A stretch of DNA of 64,000 bases, taken from positions 1 to 64,000 of the forward strand of contig CAWJBB010000069.1 in NCBI GenBank assembly GCA_963840855.1, read 5' to 3'. Positions 22,701-33,387 of this stretch are shown here, in pieces; positions within the stretch are counted from its first letter, which is position 1; every line of letters starts with the position of its first letter. The position numbers and the translations under genes were made by a program. Origin of the DNA: an uncultured delta proteobacterium. Its GTDB lineage: Bacteria; Desulfobacterota; Binatia; UBA9968. The notes beneath the pieces are model-generated. The model worked only from the letters and a program-made list of their open reading frames with translations, ran no database searches and was not told the origin of the DNA.

Positions 22701-23092
22701 GTGCACAGTTAGCGCACGGCTATCTTTTGGCCGGTAAACTGGAAGAAGCCAACTTGGTTGCTAACCAGGTGCTTGACTCTTCCCTAACCCAAGGGTATCG
22801 CGGTCACGCAGCGCTGTCACTTTACGTTCTCGCCGAGAGTCTTTTACACGCCGATGTTTCGGATGTGGCGAAAGCTGAAGATCATTATGATCGCGCGATG
22901 TCATTGGCTAATGAACTTCGCATGCGCCCGCTCGTCGCGCACTGCCACGTCGGTCTTGGAAAACTATATCGGCGCACCGGCGATTACGAAAAGGCTAAGA
23001 CGCAGCTCGCCAACGGCGTTGCAATGATGCGAGAGATGGAGATGGGACTGTGGCTGGAAAGGGCGGAAGCGGAGTTGAAGGAGTTGTCGTGA
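19744..23092 (+). CDS. Zinc ribbon-cyclase-STAND ATPase-TPR protein (copy B), indels at ~20497-20580
   Basis: Same motifs as copy A across ORFs 19744..20502 and 20531..23092. ATGA overlap with the kinase stop. Confidence 0.9.
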
Positions 23093-23192
23093 TGCGCTGG
23101 CATCAATGTCATTTTGAGATTACGGCTGGTTTGTCGAAAGAATTCGACAACCTCAGTTGGCACCGCGCCCGAGCGCTATTGGAGGGGATCTC

Positions 23193-24552
23193 ATGACTTC
23201 ACTCGATCAAGCAAGTATCGCTGACCTGTCCGCGCGTTTCTCGGGTGTTCTCCTACGTCCCGATGAATCCGGGTATGACGATGTACGCCGGGTACACAAC
23301 GGGATGATCGATAAGCGCCCGGCGTTGATCACCCGCTGCCAGGGCAGTGCCGACATCGCTGACGCGGTCAACTTCGCGCGCACTTACGGCCTCGATCTGG
23401 CCGTGCGCGGCGGCGGTCATAACGTCGCCGGCAGGGCCGTGTGCGACGACGGGTTGATGCTTGACCTATCGATAATGAAGGGTATTCACGTCGATCCAGT
23501 TCGTCGCACGGCGCGTGCCCAGGGCGGCGTCACGTGGCGCGAATTCAACCGAGAGACACAAGCGCATGGACTGGCGACGACCGGCGGCGTAATCTCCACA
23601 ACCGGCATCGCAGGTTTGACCCTCGGCGGCGGCCTCGGGTGGCTCATGGCCAAGTACGGGCTGGCGATGGACAACCTGCTCTCAGGGGAGGTCGTGACCG
23701 CTTCGGGCGACATCGTGCGGGCGAGCAAGGAGGAGAACGCTGATCTCTTCTGGGGTCTTCAGGGCGGAGGCGGCAACTTCGGCGCGGTCTCGTGGTTGGA
23801 GTACCGCTTGCACCCGGTGGGGACGGTCACCAGTGGGCTCATCGCCCACCCTTTCGAACAGGCTCGCGACGTGTTGAAATTTTTTCGTGAGATCACATCA
23901 GGGCTGCCGGACGACCTCACGATCTTTGGCGCGCTGCTCCATGCGCCCAACGGCGTTCAGATCGCCGTCATCATTTTGTGCCACTGCGGCCCGCGCGGTG
24001 ATTCCGAGGCTACGCTGCAACCGATTAAAAAGTTCGGCACGCCCATCATGGATACAATTGGCCCCACCACCTACGAGGCTACGAATATGATGCTGGACGC
24101 TGGATTTCCTCGGGGCGCCCTCAATTACTGGAAATCCAATTTTATGATGGAGCTGAGCGATCAGGCCATCGACACACTAATTTCGCAGTTCGCGGCATGC
24201 CCCTCGCCGATGAGCGGGCTGTTGCTGGAGCATATTCACGGCGCAGCGACGCGTGTCGGCGTCAGCGAGACAGCGTTCCCGCACCGGCGCGAGGGCTACA
24301 ACTTTCTGGTCGTCTCCGAGTGGCTCGACCCGGCTGACAACGCGCGGCAATATCGCGTGGGCGCGGGAGTCGTATGACACGATGCTGCCCTATTTCACGA
24401 GTGGCCGCTACGTGAACTATTTGGGAGATGACGAAGTAGAAGACGCTGTGGAGGCAGCCTACGGGCCGAACTATCAGCGCTTGCGAACTCTGAAAGCGAA
24501 ATATGACCCGACTAACCTGTTCCATCTGAATCAGAATATCCGACCGAGCTAA
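23193..24552 (+). CDS. FAD-binding oxidoreductase (berberine-bridge-enzyme-like), frameshift near 24345
   Basis: VRGGGHN, GLTLGGG, GGGGNFG, YVNY and KAKYDPTNLFHLNQNI motifs. Confidence 0.9.
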
Positions 24553-24576
24553 GCGATTGAACAAGAAGGTCGCGCG

Positions 24577-24637
24577 ATGAGGTGTACCCACTGCCAGCAG
24601 GAGAATCCGTCCGGGGCGAAATTTTGCTTAGAGTGTT
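24577..24637 (+). pseudogene. Stub of a cyclase-STAND N-terminal zinc ribbon
   Basis: MRCTHCQQENPSGAKFCLEC, after which similarity ends. Confidence 0.75.
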
Positions 24638-24863
24638 TGGTACATGAAAATGAAGTTGCGCAAGGCGGTCCATATGATCCAGCCTCACAACGCCCCAAGG
24701 CCATCCCGACTATCGGTCCATCAGCGAGGAAATGTGACGCACGAATCAAGAAGTTCATCCGACGCTGGCCGAGGTGGATAGATTCATCGACGGGAAAAGT
24801 TACCGCCTCGGTCGCTTGCAGTCCGAGATGTGGACGGAATATAAGAAACCTGCCTTCGAGTGA
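24638..24863 (+). pseudogene. Decayed 3' fragment of a long-form FAD-dependent thymidylate synthase (ThyX-like)
   Basis: WYMKMKLRKAVHMIQ/LTTPQGHPDYRSISEEM*RTNQEVHPTLAE...YRLGRLQSEMWTEYKKPAFE*. Family assigned by recalled resemblance only. Confidence 0.55.
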
Positions 24864-24872
24864 GGAGCATGT

Positions 24873-27800
24873 ATGCAGTGTCTTCGCTGCCAACACGAAA
24901 ATCCGCCACAGGCGAAATTCTGCGTCGAGTGCGGAGGCAAGTTCGCGCTGACATGTTCCAAATGCGGCACTGAGCTTCCAGCGGAAGCAAAGTATTGTCT
25001 CGAGTGTGGCCAACCCGTCGGTGTCGGATCCCTCGTACAGTCGCGGTTCACTTCGCCTCAAGCCTATACCCCAGAGCATCTCGCCGAGAAGATTCGCAAC
25101 TCGCGCTCTGCCCTGCCCGGCGAGCGCAAGCAAGTGACCATTCTCTTTGTCGATGTCGTGGACTCCACGGCGATGGCTGAGAAGCTGGACCCCGAAGAGA
25201 TGCATCAGATTCTGGATCAGGCGTTCGAGCTGATGCTGGAGGAGATCCACCGCTACGAGGGGACGGTGAACCAGTTCCTGGGCGACGGGTTCATGGCGCT
25301 GTTTGGAGCGCCGGTGGGTCATGAGGACCACGCCGTTCGCGCGGTGCACGCGGGTCTTGGCATCCGGCGAGTGCTGAGCGAGTATGCGAAGCAGCTTCGG
25401 ACTGAGCGAGGGATCGACTTCAAGATGCGGATCGGTCTGAACACTGGGCTGGTGGTGGTAGGGGCGATCGGCAACGACCTTAGGATGGACTACACGGCGA
25501 TTGGCGATACGACAAACCTTGCCGCGCGGATACAGCAACACGCGACGCCAGGGACCGTGCTCGTCGCGGAACCTACCTACCGCCACATCAGCGGTTACTT
25601 CGAGACGCGCCCGGTTGGGCCGCTCACCGTGAAAGGGAAGGACGAGCCGGTTCAGGCGTATGAGGTACTGGGTGCTCTACACGGTAGGACCCGACTCGAC
25701 CTCGCAGCTGAACGAGGTCTCACACCTTACATCGGACGCATCCGCGAGCTAAACGTCCTCTCCGAATGTTTCGATAAAGTGAAGACCGGTCATGGACAGG
25801 TTGTATTCCTTGTCGGTGAGCCAGGAATTGGCAAATCTCGCCTGCTTTTCGAGTTCCGCCGTCGGCTGGGTGAAGACGCGACCTGGCTTGAAGGGCACTC
25901 TATGTCTTTTGGGCAGTCCATTGCGTTTCATCCCTTGATCGATCTGCTCAAACGGAACTTCCGCATCGAAGAGAGCGACACCGAGGAGACGATTGTTGCG
26001 AAGATCGAACGCGGTGTCCTTATCATCGGCGAAGAACTCAGACCAACGCTGCAATACATCCGCCACCTTTTGTCTGTCGATCCAGGGGACTCGGCGGTTC
26101 TGTCCATGGACCCACAGCTCAGGCGGGGTGAGATTTTTGAAGCGCTCCGTCGTCTCCTCTTGAGTGCCGCTGAGCTGCGTCCCCAGGCGGTGGTCTTCGA
26201 GGATCTCCACTGGATGGATAAGGCAACGGAGGAGTGTCTGCAGGGAATCGCGGATAGCATTACGCGGAGTCGCGTCCTGTTGATTCTCACCTACCGCCCT
26301 GAGTACCATCATCCGTTCGGGGAGCGGAGCTATCATACGCGGATCGCACTCGACGCCCTCTCTACCGCTGACAGCGCCGAGATGACTAAAGCCATTTTGA
26401 CCACCGAGCACCTTCCAGAGGAGCTCGACGCGCTAATCGTTCGGAAGGCTGAGGGAAACCCCTTCTTTGTGGAGGAGGTGGTGAAATCGCTCCAGGAGAT
26501 CGGTGCCATTCGCCCGGCAGGGGATCAATATGTCCTCGCCAAGCGGCTTGACGAGATCTTTATCCCCGACACGATCCAAGACGTCATCATGGCCCGCATC
26601 GACCGGCTGGAGGAAGCGCCGAAGAAAACCCTCCAACTCGCGTCGGTTATCGGCCGGGAATTTACCCGGCGCCTGGTGGATCGGTTGGCAGAGATCCGGG
26701 AACGAACTGAAGAGTTTCTGCGAGAGCTAAAAGCGATTGAGCTTATCTACGAGAAGAGTCTCTTTCCCGAGCTGGCTTACATGTTCAAGCATGCCCTCAC
26801 TCACGAGGTAGCGTACAACTCCCTTCTCGTGCAGCGGAGGAAGGAGCTCCATCGCATGATCGGTTTGGCGATCGAGGATCTCTATGCGAACCGGTTAGCC
26901 GAGCAGTACGAAGTCCTCGGCCATCATTTCTCAAAGGCAGAAGACTGGGCCAAGGCCCTCGACTATCTTCTCAACGCGGCGGAAAAAGCAACTAAGGCTT
27001 TCGCCATCCGTGAGGCGGTGGCGCTGTACGACCACGCCTTGGAGGTGGCGGAGAGGTTAAGCGAGGCGGTGGATGTCAGAACCCTCATGTCGATCCACCA
27101 GGCCAAGATGAGCCTTTACTTTGTCCTGAGCGACTTTGAGAGTTCTCGGGCCGAGGGCGAGCGCCTCCTGGTTCTCGGGCGTCGAGCCGGGGATCAAGTG
27201 AGCGAGGGACGAGCCTTAGCCGGGATGGGGCTTGCTTCGCTCTGGGCTCACGACTTTGACCATGCCCTCGACTTCTCTCGGCAAGCGATTGAAGTCGCAA
27301 CAGAGGTGGATGCCAAGCCGGTTCTGGCCGGCGGTCACTTTGTAACCGGCTTCGTGTATGGCACGCTTGGCCGCCTCGACGAGTCGACACGAGAGATTGA
27401 GCGTGCCCTCACAATCAGCCGACAGGCTGGCGATGTCTTGCATGAGTCGCTCTCGCTTTCCTTCATGGGGCTAGAGAAGAACTGGGGCGGCAACTACGAT
27501 GAGGCGTCCCGCCTTCTCTCCCAAGGGCTACGGATCGCTCGAGAGAACAATCTCGTGCTACCGCTCCTTTACAGTCTCTTCATGCATGGGGTTACGCTGA
27601 TTGGCAAAGGCGATTACGACGCAGCCCTCATCAACTTGGAGGAGGGATTGGCTCTATCCGAGAAGGTAGGCGACGAGGTCCAACGCCATCGGATGCTCAA
27701 CTCTCTCGGCTGGCTTTACATCGAATGCGGTGACCTGGAGCGCGCCATTGACCTTAGCCGCGAGGGTGCTAAGGGGGCGCGTAAGCGGGGTGACCCAGAG

Positions 27801-28358
27801 ACAATCGCGAACTCTGAAATCAACTTGGGCGACATCTTTCTAGCAAAGGGCGACTTCACCCTGGCCAACGAGTTCCTCGACGGCGTTCACCGGCTTGTGA
27901 AAGACCCGGCAACCAGCGAATGGATGCGGTGGCGCTACTCAACTCATCTCTTCGCGAGCCTGGGAGGCCTTTGGCTTGCCCACGGGGACTACACGAAGGC
28001 ACAGGAGTTTTGCGATCACTGTCTCGACATCGCGACGCGCACTCAATCCAAAAAATATCTCGTCAAGGGGTGGCGGCTCAAGGGAGAGATCGCTCTGGCG
28101 CGCCGTCAGTGGGATGAGGCGGAGAGCGCGTTTCGACGGGCAATGACGATCGCGCAGGCGATCGGCAACCCGACCCAGCTCTGGAAGGCTCACGCCGCTT
28201 TGGGCGGGCTCTATACCGATACAAAGAAGGCGGAGTTGGCCGAGGAGGCGTTTAACGCCGCCCGAGAGGTGATCGAGCGCATCAAGGGAAGCGTTCAGAA
28301 CCCTGGGCTGCACGCGAGTCTCGAGAGGCTCCGATGTTCCAAAGAATCTACGAGCTGA
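24873..28358 (+). CDS. Zinc ribbon-cyclase-STAND ATPase-TPR protein (copy C); may end at 28369 after a late indel
   Basis: 1161-aa ORF with TILFVDVVDS, GDG, IGDTTNLAAR, GEPGIGKS and FEDLHWMD. Confidence 0.92.
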   Translation: MQCLRCQHENPPQAKFCVECGGKFALTCSKCGTELPAEAKYCLECGQPVGVGSLVQSRFTSPQAYTPEHLAEKIRNSRSALPGERKQVTILFVDVVDSTAMAEKLDPEEMHQILDQAFELMLEEIHRYEGTVNQFLGDGFMALFGAPVGHEDHAVRAVHAGLGIRRVLSEYAKQLRTERGIDFKMRIGLNTGLVVVGAIGNDLRMDYTAIGDTTNLAARIQQHATPGTVLVAEPTYRHISGYFETRPVGPLTVKGKDEPVQAYEVLGALHGRTRLDLAAERGLTPYIGRIRELNVLSECFDKVKTGHGQVVFLVGEPGIGKSRLLFEFRRRLGEDATWLEGHSMSFGQSIAFHPLIDLLKRNFRIEESDTEETIVAKIERGVLIIGEELRPTLQYIRHLLSVDPGDSAVLSMDPQLRRGEIFEALRRLLLSAAELRPQAVVFEDLHWMDKATEECLQGIADSITRSRVLLILTYRPEYHHPFGERSYHTRIALDALSTADSAEMTKAILTTEHLPEELDALIVRKAEGNPFFVEEVVKSLQEIGAIRPAGDQYVLAKRLDEIFIPDTIQDVIMARIDRLEEAPKKTLQLASVIGREFTRRLVDRLAEIRERTEEFLRELKAIELIYEKSLFPELAYMFKHALTHEVAYNSLLVQRRKELHRMIGLAIEDLYANRLAEQYEVLGHHFSKAEDWAKALDYLLNAAEKATKAFAIREAVALYDHALEVAERLSEAVDVRTLMSIHQAKMSLYFVLSDFESSRAEGERLLVLGRRAGDQVSEGRALAGMGLASLWAHDFDHALDFSRQAIEVATEVDAKPVLAGGHFVTGFVYGTLGRLDESTREIERALTISRQAGDVLHESLSLSFMGLEKNWGGNYDEASRLLSQGLRIARENNLVLPLLYSLFMHGVTLIGKGDYDAALINLEEGLALSEKVGDEVQRHRMLNSLGWLYIECGDLERAIDLSREGAKGARKRGDPETIANSEINLGDIFLAKGDFTLANEFLDGVHRLVKDPATSEWMRWRYSTHLFASLGGLWLAHGDYTKAQEFCDHCLDIATRTQSKKYLVKGWRLKGEIALARRQWDEAESAFRRAMTIAQAIGNPTQLWKAHAALGGLYTDTKKAELAEEAFNAAREVIERIKGSVQNPGLHASLERLRCSKESTS

Positions 28359-28442
28359 GCGCAAAATAATTTCATCTTTGCTCTCGCGACCTTCCGATGA
28401 ACCTGGGCTGAATGGTTCTCGAAGAGCGTGAAAAGATCACAC

Positions 28443-31400
28443 ATGCGTTGCCAACGCTGCTCTGCCGATAACCGTGAAGGCCGGCGCTTTTGCGCGGAGT
28501 GCGGCGCGTCGTTAAACCTCGCTTGTCCTTCTTGCGGATTTTCAAACGAAGCGGGCGAAAAGTTTTGTGGTGGCTGCGGGCAGCCGTTAGTTTCTTCTCA
28601 GCAAATTGCCGCGAAGTTTTCGTCTCCCGAAGTTTACACTCCAAAACATCTCGCCGAAAAGATTCTCACTTCGAAAAGCGCACTCGAAGGCGAGCGCAAG
28701 CAAGTTACGGTGCTATTCGCAGACATGAAAGGCTCAATGGAATTGCTGGCCGACCGCGATCCAGAGGAGGCGCGCAAACTTTTCGACGCAGTGATCGAGC
28801 AGATGATGGAATCGGTGCACCGTTACGAAGGGACGGTGAATCATATCCTGGGCGACGGGATCATGGCTCTCTTTGGCGCGCCGTTGGCGCACGAGGATCA
28901 CGCGGTGCGCGCTTGCTATGCGGCGCTCAGAATGCAGGAGTCAGTGAAACGCTACGCGATGGAAATTCAGCGCACGCAGGGTGTCCCGATTCAGATTCGT
29001 GTCGGTTTGAACTCCGGCGAAGTGGTTGTCGGTGCCATCAGGAATGATCTGCACATGGACTACACGGCCATCGGCCAAACCGCGCATCTGGCGGCGCGCA
29101 TGGAGCAGATGGCGATGCCGGGGTCGATCTTGATAGCGCCTGACACGCTACGGTTGGCTGAAGGCTTTGTACAACTCAAGCCGCTTGGATCGGTTAGTGT
29201 GAAGGGAATAAGTGAACCTTTGGAAGTGCACGAAGTCACAGGCGCGGGTCCGGTGCGTTCGCGGCTGCAAGCCGCAGCCGCGCGCGGACTCACTCGCTTT
29301 GTCGGGCGCACCGCTGAATTCGAGACGCTATGCCAAGCGTTGGACCGAGCCAGAGTCGGCCATGGCCAACTGGCAGCCCTTGTCGGAGAACCAGGTGTCG
29401 GCAAGTCCCGTCTGTTCTGGGAATTCACTCATTCCCGTCGTACCGTTGACTGGCTCATCGTTGAAAGCGGCTCGGTCTCCTTTGGCAAAGCGACTGCCTA
29501 CCTGCCCGTCACCGATCTGCTCAAGGCGTACTTCGCGATTGAGGACCGAGATGATGTGCGGAAGATCCGCGAGAAGGTTACAGGCAAGCTGCTAACGTTA
29601 GATAAGTCTCTAGAGCCAGCGCTGCCTGCGTTCCTTGCACTTTTGGATGTGACAGTTGAGGACGAGCAGTGGCAGAGCCTTGATCCTCCTCAACGCCGTC
29701 AACTGACTCTTGGCGCTGTCAAGCGGCTGCTGCTTCGAGAAAGTCAGGTCCAGCCTCTGCTGCTTGTATTCGAGGATCTTCATTGGATCGATTCGGAAAC
29801 TCAGGCGGTGCTGGACAGTTTAGTTGAAAGCCTGCCGACCGCACGTATGCTCCTGCTCGTAAACTACCGGCCCGAGTATCAGCATAGTTGGGGAAGCAAA
29901 TCATACTACAGCCAACTTCGAATCGATCCGCTGCCGCCGGAAAGCGCCGGTGAACTGCTGCAGGCGCTGCTGGGGAACGACACAAGCCTGCTGCCGCTCA
30001 AGCCACTCTTAATCGAGCGTACCGAAGGGAATCCCTTCTTCCTGGAGGAGAGTGTCCGGACACTCATAGAAACAAATTTTTTGACGGGTGAGCGAGGATA
30101 TTATCGTCTTGCCAAACCGATTCAGAGCACCCAGGTGCCGGCAACAGTCCAAGCCGTGCTGGCAGCTCGAATTGACCGCCTTCCACCGGAGGAGAAGCGT
30201 CTTCTTCAGTCGGCAGCCGTCGTCGGGAAGGACGTGCCGTTCGGGCTCCTCCAAGCCATCGCGGATCAATCTGAGGAGGAACTTCGCCACGGCCTCACGC
30301 GACTTCAGTCCGCGGAGTTTCTCTATGAGACAAGTCTCTTTCCGGAGATCGAGTACACATTCAAGCACGCGCTGACACATGAGGTTGCTTACGGCAGCGT
30401 TTTGCAAGAGCGGCGCCGCGCGCTTCATGCTCGTATCGTGGAAGCGATTGAGACGACTTTATTCCGAACGCCTTACCGAGCAAGTGGAGCGGCTCGCGCA
30501 TCACGCATCCCGGGGCGAGCTGTGGGAAAAGGCCGTCGACTGTCTTCATCAGGCCGGCAAGAAAGCTACCGGCCACTCGGCAACTCGCGAGGCGATAGTG
30601 TACTTCGAGCAGGCGTTGGACGCTCTCAAGCACCTTCCTGAAGGTCCCCAGACGATCGAGAAAGCCATCGATATCCGGGTCGATCTCGGTCCCGCGTTGG
30701 TTGCCACAAGGGTTATGCGGCGCCCGAAGTTGAGGAAAACTACACTCGCGCACGGGAGCTCTGCGAGCAGTTTGGGGAGACACCGCAGCTCTTCCCCGTA
30801 TTGTGGGGCTTGGCAAGGATGCACGACAATCGCGGGGAGCTGAGGGTCGGGCGGCGATTGGGAGAGCAGCTCCTCAACTGGCCCAGCGAGCCCAGGAACC
30901 TGCATTGCTCCTCGAAGCCCACCACGAACTTTGGGCCAACTTGTTTGCTGTCGGCGAGTTGGTCTCTGCCCGGATGCATATGGAGCAAGGCATCGCGCTG
31001 TACGACCCACAAAAACACAGACACCATGCGTTTCGATATGGAGGACATGACCCTGGTGTTTGCTCGCGCTACCAGGCAGCAGAGGCGCTTTGGTTACTTG
31101 GCTATCCGGATCAAGCCCTGCGGCAAAGCCAGAACTCGTTGACTTTGGCACGTGAGCTATCTCACCGCATCCACCATGTCCGCCGCGTTGACTGGGCCGG
31201 CTTGGTTCTATCAGATCGTGGTGAGAAGCAGGCCGTTCAGGCGCGAATCGATGAGGGCATGGCGCTGGCAACGGAGCAGGTTTAATGAGCGCGTGGCGCA
31301 AGCAACTGTCCTGCAAGGATGGCTTTTGGTCGAAGAGGGTCATGAAAAAGGCCGGCATAGCTCAAATGTTTAAGCACAGAGTATTGTCAGGGCGGTTCCA

Positions 31401-31800
31401 CATCGCCAGGCAGCTTTGCTGGGTGAGGCTTGTAGGAGACAGGGCAGAATGCGAGGGGCTCAATGTAGTGACCGACGCGTTAACCCGAGCGCAACAGACG
31501 GGTTGTCGTTACTATGACGCTGAGCTGCGTCGGATCAAAGGTGAGTTGCTGCTGGCGCAAGCTGCGGGGGACGAGGGAGGGGCCGAAACGTGCTTCCATG
31601 ACGCGCTGAAAATCGCGCGCGGACAGAGCGCGAAATCATTGGAGCTGCGCACAGCGATGAGCTTGAGTCGCCTCTGGAAAAAACAGGGAAAGAAGGTGGA
31701 AGCTCGTCAACTGTTGGCAGGAATTTACGGCTGGTTTACCGAGGGCTTCGACACGGCTGATTTGAAAGCGGCAAAGGCACTGCTCGACGAACTTGCATAA
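28443..31800 (+). CDS. Zinc ribbon-cyclase-STAND ATPase-TPR protein (copy D), several frameshifts after 30455
   Basis: Same N-terminal motifs. Distinct C-terminus: GHDPGV, LLGYPDQAL, AKSLELRTAMSLSRLW and WFTEGFDTADL. Confidence 0.85.
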
Positions 31801-32038
31801 GAAAAAACGGGTCATGATGAGAGTTGCTTATCTCCCGGGCAAGGAAGGGCTCTTTTTATGAATCTGACATTTGTCTAAGGTCTAGGGTCCCGTGTCTCTG
31901 AGTTTCCTCAAACCCTAGACTCGAGAGGCTGGGCTCTAAATTGCGCAGGCTTAATCTTGACGCTCTGAGGTCTCTGGTGATAGACGTGGCCGTAGAATGC
32001 TAACCCGAAAAACGATTTAGCCAAAGGAGGAAAAGGAT

Positions 32039-33097
32039 ATGGCTGGTAGCGAAGCGGGTTGTGAAGTCATCATTTCTTCAGACTCCCACGTCATGGAGCC
32101 TTCGGAGATTCTAGTCGAACGGGCGCCGCAGTCTTTCAGGGATCAAGTGCCGCGCTTTCCGAAATTGCCAGTCGGATCGAGCTTTCAGTCTCATCCCGGA
32201 GGCTCGGACCCAACGCACCGAATCACAGAGATGGAAACGGATGGCGTAAGTGGCGAGGTGCTTTTCCCGACCTATCTTTTGCCCCACTTTGCGATGGACG
32301 ATGCCAAGCTTCAGGAAGTCTCTTTTCGCGCCTACAATGACTGGTTGATCGATTACTGCAAAGTGTCGCCCAAGCGTTTGCTCGGGATCGCGGCAATTTC
32401 GGTTTACAACATCGACGAAGGCGTTAAGGAGCTTGAACGCTGCGCCAAAGCCGGCATGTACGGCTCGATTATCTGGCAAGCGCCGCATCCGGATCTGCCG
32501 TTCAAGTCAGAGCACTACAATAAATTCTGGGCCGCCTCACAGGATCTGAACATGCCCGTCCATCTCCATATTCTTACCGGCCACGGCTACCACAAGGAGA
32601 CCGTTTTCGGGAACAAGAGGACGGGACCCGAGGCCTATCGCGGCAGCGTCAATCTCAAGCTCGCTGAAATCATCAACGCCTTTTTCGAACTGATTTTTTT
32701 CGGCGTCATGGAGCGTTATCCGAAGCTCAAATTCGTCAGCGTTGAAAACGAAATCGGCTGGATGCCCTTCATGCTGCAGCAATGGGATTACTATTATAAC
32801 CGGTTCAAGAACGAGAACCCGCCGCCGATTACCAAGAACCCGAGCGACTATTTCTCGAATCAGGTCTTCGGCACCTTCTTCCGCGATACCGTTGCGGGCC
32901 ATAGTTTCGAATGGTGGGGCCAGGACAACTGCATGTGGTCGAATGACTATCCGCATGGCAACTCGACATGGCCGGAGTCCAAAAAGTACATTGACCGCGA
33001 TCTGGGCCATCTCCCGGCGGAAACGCGGCGCAAGCTCGTTTACACCAACGTCAAGAAGCTCTACGACATCGATATTCCGCATCCGGCGTTGCAATAG
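32039..33097 (+). CDS. Amidohydrolase family 2 protein
   Basis: ISSDSHVMEP, AYNDWL, PVHLH and WSNDYPH motifs; AGGAGG RBS. Confidence 0.9.
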   Translation: MAGSEAGCEVIISSDSHVMEPSEILVERAPQSFRDQVPRFPKLPVGSSFQSHPGGSDPTHRITEMETDGVSGEVLFPTYLLPHFAMDDAKLQEVSFRAYNDWLIDYCKVSPKRLLGIAAISVYNIDEGVKELERCAKAGMYGSIIWQAPHPDLPFKSEHYNKFWAASQDLNMPVHLHILTGHGYHKETVFGNKRTGPEAYRGSVNLKLAEIINAFFELIFFGVMERYPKLKFVSVENEIGWMPFMLQQWDYYYNRFKNENPPPITKNPSDYFSNQVFGTFFRDTVAGHSFEWWGQDNCMWSNDYPHGNSTWPESKKYIDRDLGHLPAETRRKLVYTNVKKLYDIDIPHPALQ

Positions 33098-33125
33098 CGG
33101 GCGATCAAATCGGGAAGAAACAAAT

Positions 33126-33171
33126 GGCGCGCCTTCGGACGAGATAAAGTCTGACGGCGCGCCTTTTTTTT
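33126..33171 (+). terminator. Intrinsic terminator
   Basis: GGCGCGCCTTCGGAC...GTCTGACGGCGCGCC hairpin followed by a T-tract. Confidence 0.7.
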
Positions 33172-33220
33172 GGTGCGATGTGGATCTAATGTCTTGTGTC
33201 AGGCATTTATTTCTTCCTCT

Positions 33221-33307
33221 GTCATTCCGGGCAAGCTGGTGATAGCTAGCGCGACCCGGAATCCAGGCGAGATTTGGGGCCTGGATTCCCGCCTTCGCGG
33301 GAATGAC
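33221..33307. repeat. REP/dRS3-like palindromic element
   Basis: GTCATTCC...GGAATCCAGGC...GCCTGGATTCCCGCCTTCGCGGGAATGAC; contains ATTCCC-N8-GGGAAT at 33285..33304. Confidence 0.7.
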
Positions 33308-33387
33308 GAGGAGACGTCTCTAACTTTTTTAGCGGCCTGCACAGGAAGAGTGCTCGCAAAAAATAATAACTAGCGATAGGAGGTTTT

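Noticed and set aside
28427-28441. CRP-like site CGTGA...TCACA before cyclase D
   Set aside because: The spacer is 5 nt rather than 6 nt, and it abuts the start codon.
13188-31800. Diversity-generating retroelement acting on the TPR tails
   Set aside because: No reverse transcriptase and no adenine-specific template/variable repeat pair was seen.
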